Shown here one piece after another: positions 57,749-64,000 of a stretch of DNA of 64,000 nt. The notes under the pieces were generated by a model, which did not search any database, was not told the origin of the DNA, and saw only the letters and a list, made by a program, of their open reading frames with translations. The stretch spans positions 256,001 through 320,000 of the forward strand of contig OY968764.1 of NCBI GenBank assembly GCA_963695335.1. Direction: 5' to 3'. How positions within the stretch are numbered: the first letter of the stretch is position 1; the number at the start of each line of letters is the position of its first letter. The translations under genes were made by a program, and so were the position numbers. Origin of the DNA: an uncultured bacterium. GTDB lineage: Bacteria > Babelota > Babeliae > Babelales > Vermiphilaceae.

Positions 57749-59533
57749 ATGCAAGTATATGAACGTACAACTGGATGTGGGTTGGTTAATGAACAGAATT
57801 TAAATCAACAAATATGTCTCTCTGGATGGGTGCATCGTCGACGTGATCATGGCGGGTTAATTTTTATTGATTTGCGAGATCGCAGTGGGTTGATGCAGCT
57901 TGTTTGTAATCCAGAATTTTCAAAAGAGGTTCATGAAATTGCCCAGAAGGTGCGTTCAGAATACGTTATAACAGTGTGCGGCAGAGTGGTAGAGCGTGCT
58001 CCAGAAACTGTTAATAAAGAGTTAGCAACAGGAAGATGGGAGTTGCACGTTGAAAGCATTGCCATTTTAAACAGTGCAAAAATGTTGCCATTTTCTATCG
58101 AAGATGCGGATGTGATTGATGAAGAGCTACGTTTACAATATAGATATTTAGATTTACGCCGTCCTGAGATGCAAAGAAATTTTGCGTTGCGTCATAAAGT
58201 GATCTATGCAATGCGCGAGTTTTTAAATAACCAAGCATTCTATGAAATTGAAACTCCTATTTTAACAAAAAATACGCCAGAGGGAGCGCGTGAATTTTTA
58301 GTTCCATGCCGCATTCACCCTGGCTCTTTTTATGCGCTGCCACAGTCGCCTCAGTTGTATAAACAGATTTTAATGTGTGGTGGCATGGAAAAATATTTCC
58401 AAGTTGCTCGCTGTTTTCGTGATGAAGATTTGCGTGCAGATCGTCAGCCAGAATTTACACAACTTGATATTGAGATGTCATTTATCTCTGAACATGATGT
58501 GCAGCATTTGATTGAACATTTATTAAAACATGTGTTTGACAAAGTTCTTGGTAAACATTTGCAAATTCCTTTCAAGCGTCTTACGTATGATGAAGCTTTT
58601 TCATCGTATGGATCGGATAAACCAGATTTACGTTATGATTTAAAAATTCATGATTTTAGTCCTGTGTTTACAGATACTGAACTTAAATTTTTACGCGATG
58701 TACTTGCGCGTGGTGAAAAAATTGGCGGCATTCATGTTTCTGGCCATTCATTTACGCATTCAGAACTTAATCGTTGGGTAGATAAAGCGCAGAAATTAGG
58801 AGCAAAAGGGTTGTTATGGATTGATCTTCAAAGCCCTGATAGTATCAGTTCTCCTGTTGCAAAATTTTTACCAACAGATTTTTTTGCACGTGCATTGCAA
58901 ACATGTGATGCAGTTATTAATGGTAGTGTTTTATTTATTGTAGCAGGTCAATACGAAGCTGCATGGGAAATATTAGGAAGATTACGCCAGGAACTTGCAA
59001 AAGAACTTAATGTTATTCCACAAGATGAGCTTAACTTTTCATGGGTAACTGATTTTCCTTTGCTTGAATATGATGAAAAAGATAAAAGTTGGCATGCAAA
59101 ACATCATCCGTTTACTTCACCTGCCAAAGGTTGGGAAAATCAAGAATTGGGTGATATAAAAGCACGTGCATATGATGTTGTTTTGAATGGTATTGAACTT
59201 GGTGGTGGATCAATCCGTATTCATGATAGAGCTGTTCAAGAAAAAGTATTTAAACTGCTTGGGTTAAGCAAAGAAGAAGTTGATTTAAAGTTTGGATTTT
59301 TACTTGAAGCACAAGAACTTGGTTTCCCTCCGCATGGTGGTATTGCACTTGGTCTTGACCGTTTTATTATGTTGTTAACTAATTCTATATCTATTCGTGA
59401 AGTTATTGCATTTCCTAAAACTGCGCGCGGATATGATCCTATGATGGAGTGTCCAACTCCAGTTGATAATAAACAACTGAAAGATTATGGGTTACAGTTG
59501 TCACCTGTAGTAGGGTCCGCTAAAAAAGAATAA
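57749..59533 (+). CDS. aspS: Aspartate--tRNA ligase
   Basis: GWVHRRRDHGG, YRYLDLRR, EGAREF, YALPQSPQLYKQ, FRDEDLRADRQPEFTQLD, GGGSIRIH. Confidence 0.98.
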   Translation: MQVYERTTGCGLVNEQNLNQQICLSGWVHRRRDHGGLIFIDLRDRSGLMQLVCNPEFSKEVHEIAQKVRSEYVITVCGRVVERAPETVNKELATGRWELHVESIAILNSAKMLPFSIEDADVIDEELRLQYRYLDLRRPEMQRNFALRHKVIYAMREFLNNQAFYEIETPILTKNTPEGAREFLVPCRIHPGSFYALPQSPQLYKQILMCGGMEKYFQVARCFRDEDLRADRQPEFTQLDIEMSFISEHDVQHLIEHLLKHVFDKVLGKHLQIPFKRLTYDEAFSSYGSDKPDLRYDLKIHDFSPVFTDTELKFLRDVLARGEKIGGIHVSGHSFTHSELNRWVDKAQKLGAKGLLWIDLQSPDSISSPVAKFLPTDFFARALQTCDAVINGSVLFIVAGQYEAAWEILGRLRQELAKELNVIPQDELNFSWVTDFPLLEYDEKDKSWHAKHHPFTSPAKGWENQELGDIKARAYDVVLNGIELGGGSIRIHDRAVQEKVFKLLGLSKEEVDLKFGFLLEAQELGFPPHGGIALGLDRFIMLLTNSISIREVIAFPKTARGYDPMMECPTPVDNKQLKDYGLQLSPVVGSAKKE

Positions 59534-59547
59534 AAGAGTAAAAAAGT

Positions 59548-59577
59548 AAAAAACCTGGTTTTTATGCCAGGTTTTTT
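59548..59577 (+). terminator. Intrinsic terminator between aspS and eno
   Basis: aaaaaacctgg...ccaggtttttt. Confidence 0.6.
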
Positions 59578-59605
59578 GTTTTTTTATGAAGAGGAGGAAT
59601 TTGTA

Positions 59606-60844
59606 ATGAAAATTAATGCTATTCACGCGCGTGAAATTTTTGATTCTCGCGGTATTCCAACAATAGAATGTGGTATTGCGTTGAGTGATGGAGCTTTTAT
59701 CACAGCATCAGTGCCTGCAGGTATTTCCCGTGGTGCGCATGAAGCGGTTGAGTTGCGAGATGGCGGAGATCGTTTGATGGGCCTTGGTGTGCACAAGGCT
59801 ATAAAAATTATAGAAGAAATTATAGCACCAACATTGGTTTATAGACCACTTGATCTGATAGCATATGATATTGAACTGTTACATCTTGATGGAACTGATG
59901 ATAAGTCTCAGCTTGGTGCGAATTCTATGCTTGCAGTAAGTATGGCTGTATGTAAAGCCCAAGCATATGCTGAAGGGGCTGAGTTATATGAATTTATTGC
60001 CCATATTTCTCAATATTCTACCGTAGCATTGCCTTGTCCTATGTTTAACTTGTTAGGAGGAGGATTACATGCAAATAATAATTTTCCAATTCAAGAACTT
60101 CTTATTGTCCCCACACGCGAGTTTTCATTTAATGATGCAATGAATACCGGTGTTACCATTTATCATGCGTTAAAAGAGATTTTACGTGCAAAAGGGAAGA
60201 TGACTGCTGTTGGATATGAAGGTGAATTTGTTCCGAGTTTTACTAACCAATATGAACCATTTGATCTGGTAATGGAAGCAATTGAAAAATCTGGCAATGG
60301 AAGCAATGTTATGTTGGCAATAGATGTGGCAGCTTCCCATTTTTATAATAAAGTGACAGGGTTGTACGCATGGGATAGCAAAGAAGTGACTTCTCATGAC
60401 CTCATAGAATGGTATGAAGATCTTATATCTCGGTATCCAATATATTCTATTGAAGATGGTTTGGGTGAATCTGATTGGAATGGATGGCGCGACATGAAAA
60501 AAGAGTTAGGTTCACGCATTAAGATTGTTGGTGATGATATATTTACCACTGATCCACAACGCATTTGGTATGGTATAGAAAACCATTCTGCAACAAGTGC
60601 CATTATCAAACCTAATCAAATTGGTACGGTCACTGAAACGTTGCAAGCAGTTCAGTTGTGCAAGGATAATGAATGGGATGTGGTTGTTTCTCACCGTTCA
60701 GGGGAAACAAATGATACGTTTATTGCAGATCTTGCTGTTGGTGTGAGTGCTACACATATTAAAGCTGGTGGATGTTCACGTGGTGAACGGATGGCGAAAT
60801 ATAATCGTTTACTGCAGATAGAAGAAATATTATTGTCAGCGTAA
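59606..60844 (+). CDS. eno: Enolase
   Basis: AREIFDSRG.PT, EAVELRD, DVAAS, SIEDG, VGDD, IKPNQIGT, SHRSGET, ER.AKYNRL; start behind GAGGAGG. Confidence 0.95.
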   Translation: MKINAIHAREIFDSRGIPTIECGIALSDGAFITASVPAGISRGAHEAVELRDGGDRLMGLGVHKAIKIIEEIIAPTLVYRPLDLIAYDIELLHLDGTDDKSQLGANSMLAVSMAVCKAQAYAEGAELYEFIAHISQYSTVALPCPMFNLLGGGLHANNNFPIQELLIVPTREFSFNDAMNTGVTIYHALKEILRAKGKMTAVGYEGEFVPSFTNQYEPFDLVMEAIEKSGNGSNVMLAIDVAASHFYNKVTGLYAWDSKEVTSHDLIEWYEDLISRYPIYSIEDGLGESDWNGWRDMKKELGSRIKIVGDDIFTTDPQRIWYGIENHSATSAIIKPNQIGTVTETLQAVQLCKDNEWDVVVSHRSGETNDTFIADLAVGVSATHIKAGGCSRGERMAKYNRLLQIEEILLSA

Positions 60845-60899
60845 AAAGTAAAAGAAGATACTTCGATTGAAGTACCTTCTTTTTTTTAAGTTGAGCGTG

Positions 60900-61349
60900 T
60901 TACTTAATTTGTCTGATTTGTCCTGCTGAAACGTTGTTTTTTAATGGTAAACCAGATTTTGTTTTACCCATGAGTCCTAATAATGGTCCTGTTTGTGGGT
61001 AAAGAGCTGGAGTTTTGTTAAGATCAATTGACATATATTTTGTTTTACCTGGAGCATCAACTTCAAAACGAGCGATAAGTTTGTTCTGTTTTAAAAGTTC
61101 AATTAAAAGTTTAGTAGTCATATTAATTACTCGAGAACCAGAATTCCATTGCTGATCTCCTGATACGTAAGCAGTTGTGATAGTTTTTTGTGAAGAACCA
61201 CTTATATCAATAATATTCACCTGGATACTGTCTTGATTTTTATTATAAAATTCAATGACAGGGGCGTGTAAAGTTACGGGTTCTGCCTGCATTAAGATAG
61301 TAACGAAGGCGATAGCAGCTGCTATTGATGGGAAAAATTGTCTTTTCAT
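60900..61349 (-). CDS. Hypothetical secreted protein
   Basis: Signal ending LMQ|AEP; C-terminal LYPQTGPLLGLMGKTKSG; AAGGAG RBS. Confidence 0.75.
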   Translation of the reverse strand: MKRQFFPSIAAAIAFVTILMQAEPVTLHAPVIEFYNKNQDSIQVNIIDISGSSQKTITTAYVSGDQQWNSGSRVINMTTKLLIELLKQNKLIARFEVDAPGKTKYMSIDLNKTPALYPQTGPLLGLMGKTKSGLPLKNNVSAGQIRQIK

Positions 61350-61489
61350 GAGAACTCCTTATTTTTATAAACATTTGTACTATTATCATCCTTATATTAC
61401 AATAATAATTTTTCAAATTGCAATGATTTTGATTAAATAATAGTAAAGAACCGTTCTAGAGCTTATTTTAAAACGGTTCTTTTTGTGAT

Positions 61490-61557
61490 TAAGTTTATGC
61501 TTTTAAAAACGGATTTGGAGCGTCTTGGATGATGAATTTAAGATCATTGAGCTGATT
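61490..61557 (-). pseudogene. Duplicated 3' end of the gene at 63659-64000 (left direct repeat)
   Basis: 60/68 nt identical to 63654-63721; encodes NQLNDLKFIIQDAPNPFLKA*. Confidence 0.75.
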
Positions 61558-61646
61558 GGTAAATTTGAATCTCTTGAGATCAAAATTCTTATTGTTTATT
61601 CTAAAACTTAAGAAACAATAAAAAATATTTAATATAAGGTTAATGT

Positions 61647-61871
61647 ATGAAAGCAATAGAATTTTTTACGACCGTTACAAATGGAAAGTCTATTGAAATT
61701 CCTAAAGAATATACAAAGCAAGTATCAGGAGAAATTCATGTTATCCTTCTTTTGAATAAAGAAGCTGTTCCAAAAACATTAAAAACCTCAAAAAAAAAAG
61801 CATTTAATGCTTTAAAATTAAAAACAAAAGGGTTTAAATTTAATAGAGAAGACATCTACAATGATGAATAA
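61647..61871 (+). CDS. Putative antitoxin
   Basis: 74 aa; MKAIEF.T.V.NG..IEIP; GFKFNREDIY; overlaps the PIN gene. Confidence 0.75.
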   Translation: MKAIEFFTTVTNGKSIEIPKEYTKQVSGEIHVILLLNKEAVPKTLKTSKKKAFNALKLKTKGFKFNREDIYNDE

Positions 61872-62268
61872 AATTTTTTTAGATTCGAATATTTTGATTT
61901 ATCTTTATTCTGTAAATGAGGACAAAAAAACAACTGCGATCAAAACAATTATCCGTGATTACGAAGATATTGTAATTAGCACTCAAGTTTTATTTGAATT
62001 CAGTTATGTTGTGAATAGAAAATTTAAATTAAGTTATGCCGATATCGAGAAAGCATTCAAAGAAATCTATAGCATTTGTGATGTTGTATTAATAACTTAT
62101 GAGACACTTTTGTATGCCCTGAAAATTGCATCAAAATATCAATATTCTTTTCCCGATAGTTTAATTATAGCAACGGCAATCGAACAACATTGCGCTATTT
62201 TAGTTACCGAAGATATGCATAATAAACAAGTCATAGAAAATTATTTAACTATTTTAAATCCTTTTTAA
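61861..62268 (+). CDS. PIN-domain (VapC-like) toxin
   Basis: IFLDSNILIY, STQVLFE, SFPDSLIIATA, LVTED. Confidence 0.92.
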   Translation: MMNKIFLDSNILIYLYSVNEDKKTTAIKTIIRDYEDIVISTQVLFEFSYVVNRKFKLSYADIEKAFKEIYSICDVVLITYETLLYALKIASKYQYSFPDSLIIATAIEQHCAILVTEDMHNKQVIENYLTILNPF

Positions 62269-62280
62269 GGAAAACATCGA

Positions 62281-63426
62281 ATGGCAACAATAAAAAATGT
62301 CTGGAAAAATAATAAGTCATATATATTTTTTGGATTTATTGTTTTAGGTGGAATTTTCATTTTTAGAGATTTTTTTGTACAAAAACCAGTAGCACGTGCA
62401 ATGAAGCATTTCTCAGTTGATTCAAATAATATTATTATAGAACAATATGCTCGTGGAATTGCTTTACCTGGTCAAGATAGTACCATTACCGCGGTCGCAT
62501 TTAGTCCCGATGGAAATAAGATGGTTTCAGGAGGTGTAGATCCTAAAAACAATCTTTTATTGTGGGATATTAGTGATCTTGGGAATATAAAGCCTATTCA
62601 ACTTATTGAGCATCTAGATATGGTGAATGCTGTAGCATTTAGTCCTGATGGTAAGAAAATTATTTCTGGAGGCAAAGGTAAGCGAAAAAATCTTATTTTA
62701 TGGGATATTAGTGATATTAATAATGTGAAAAATATAGATTTTGATGCTTCAAATGAGGGTGTTTGGGCAGTAGCATTTAGCCCAGATGGTAGTAAAATTG
62801 TTTCAGGATCTTTTAGGGATAAAGAAGATCAAAGCAATTGTATAATATGGGATACTGCAACAGGTCAGAAGATAGTTAACTTGGATGGAGGACAAAGTTT
62901 TGTTAGTTCATTAGCATATAGTCCAGATGGCAGTAAAATTATCACGGGGGATTGGTGGGGAGATGAAAATAATCTTATTTTATGGGATGTGAGTGATATT
63001 AATAATATACAACAGATAAAACTTGTTGGACATCCAGGTCAAATTACAGGAGTCGCATTTAGCCCTGATAATAGTAAAATTGTTTCTGGAGGAAAAGGTG
63101 AACACAGTAATCTTATTGTGTGGGATATTTATGATATCAACAAAATAAAAAGTGTTGTATTGAGCCACGAATATGCTGATGTTAGGTCAGTAGCATTTAG
63201 TTCTGATGGTAGTATGATAGCGGAGGGAAATGTTGTAGAAATGGAAGAGTTGAAAAATCAAAATAATATTACATTTTGGAATGCTGTAACGAATAAAAAA
63301 ATAACAACTCTTGATGGTCAACAAAATGGTGTTTGGTCAATAGCATTTAGTCCTGATGATAAACAGTTTGTTTCAGGAGGTACGTTTGGCGATCATAATC
63401 TTATATTATGGACATTGCTATTTTAA
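62281..63426 (+). CDS. WD40-repeat protein with N-terminal membrane anchor
   Basis: Seven VAFSPDG..IVSG....NLILWD-type repeats. Confidence 0.92.
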   Translation: MATIKNVWKNNKSYIFFGFIVLGGIFIFRDFFVQKPVARAMKHFSVDSNNIIIEQYARGIALPGQDSTITAVAFSPDGNKMVSGGVDPKNNLLLWDISDLGNIKPIQLIEHLDMVNAVAFSPDGKKIISGGKGKRKNLILWDISDINNVKNIDFDASNEGVWAVAFSPDGSKIVSGSFRDKEDQSNCIIWDTATGQKIVNLDGGQSFVSSLAYSPDGSKIITGDWWGDENNLILWDVSDINNIQQIKLVGHPGQITGVAFSPDNSKIVSGGKGEHSNLIVWDIYDINKIKSVVLSHEYADVRSVAFSSDGSMIAEGNVVEMEELKNQNNITFWNAVTNKKITTLDGQQNGVWSIAFSPDDKQFVSGGTFGDHNLILWTLLF

Positions 63427-63484
63427 ATAACTCGAGTTTGATCTAAGAAAAATTAAAAAGCATTTACCCTGTGCGCTCAAGGCC

Positions 63485-63508
63485 CCTTCAACAAGTTCAG
63501 GGCGAGCG
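63485..63508. repeat. Family A REP-like element
   Basis: ccttcaacaagttcagggcgagcg is the near-exact reverse complement of 31360-31384. Confidence 0.75.
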
Positions 63509-63658
63509 CGGAGAAACAATTAACCAAATAGCGTAGTTTTTTTTCTTATATCGAACTCACGTTAGTTTTAATATTTTCAATTACAAGTCCCGCCATATAT
63601 GATTCATCAAAATCACATGGCGGGACTTATAATATAATAAGATTTTTTATGACTAAGT

Positions 63659-64000
63659 TTATGCTTTTAAAAACGGATTCGGGGCATCTCGAATGATTGA
63701 TTTAAGATCATTGGGCTGATTTTTACTGTTTTCTGCAACAAAACCATCAGCGGTGTGAGTTAATATATCATTACTTTCATTGATAATCTCTTTTTTGCTT
63801 TTTTTAGAACTTTTTTTCTGAACTATAGCATTTTGAGGTAGTGTTTCATCTTTTGCTACAAATTTTTCTATTGCTTGTTCGGAGTTTGTTTCCCCGGTAA
63901 AAAACCAACGGGTAATAGGATCTTTTAGAGAATCAAAGAGATTACCGCGAGATTCTTGTTTTGCAATATTAATATAATCTTGCGTGTATTCATTTGCGCC
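63659..64000 (-). CDS. Partial CDS (3' end), hypothetical protein running off the window
   Basis: Open frame of 113 codons plus stop ending NQPNDLKSIIRDAPNPFLKA*; followed by hairpin aagtcccgccat...atggcgggactt. Confidence 0.75.
   Translation of the reverse strand, partial: GANEYTQDYINIAKQESRGNLFDSLKDPITRWFFTGETNSEQAIEKFVAKDETLPQNAIVQKKSSKKSKKEIINESNDILTHTADGFVAENSKNQPNDLKSIIRDAPNPFLKA

Noticed and set aside
980..63168. Numerous 60-170 aa antisense or off-frame ORFs inside long genes (e.g. 3076-3600, 26149-26622, 54683-55120)
   Set aside because: Fully nested in well-supported CDSs with no motifs or RBS
62480..63420. Recurring gcatttag(t/c)cc DNA repeats
   Set aside because: They are the coding repeats of WD40 blades
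1..64000. tRNA, rRNA, tmRNA, RNase P, SRP RNA, transposase or integrase genes
   Set aside because: No diagnostic motifs recognised by eye; a covariance-model scan would be needed to exclude divergent RNAs

Overview
AT-rich bacterial chromosome segment whose gene content (many short orphan proteins with signal peptides, WD40 proteins, eukaryote-like enzymes, scattered housekeeping genes) best fits Candidatus Dependentiae/Babelota (TM6), intracellular parasites of protists; the taxonomy is an inference. Recognisable genes include pth, alaS, ugd, glyA, efp, nusB, ndk, rpsA, ldh, comEC, udg, nusA, infB, pyrG, nfo, aspS, eno, a P-type ATPase, Skp, an M16 peptidase, clostripain and three toxin-antitoxin loci. 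Main unannotated signals: (1) a Trp-rich leader peptide (…SWRWWR*) followed by a G-free rut-like tract, heading an operon of an apparently exported GNAT-like protein, an ACY1-like aminoacylase and a TrpXYZ-type ABC importer, possibly an acylate-import-deacylate amino-acid scavenging system; (2) a probable oriC at about 47.45-47.79 kb with two opposed arrays of 11-bp-phased variant DnaA boxes, a near-palindromic trio/AT-rich unwinding element and a GC-skew switch, not adjacent to dnaA; (3) glycosyltransferases and a UDP-glucose dehydrogenase that all carry signal peptides; (4) a recurrent M-E/S-E motif at predicted mature N-termini; (5) three REP-like palindrome families, one copy translated inside a PfkB kinase; (6) a 2.2-kb TA+WD40 islet bounded by a duplicated gene 3' end; (7) a candidate structured RNA after pyrG. 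No rRNA, tRNA, CRISPR array or transposase was recognised. All family calls come from motif recognition, not database searches.
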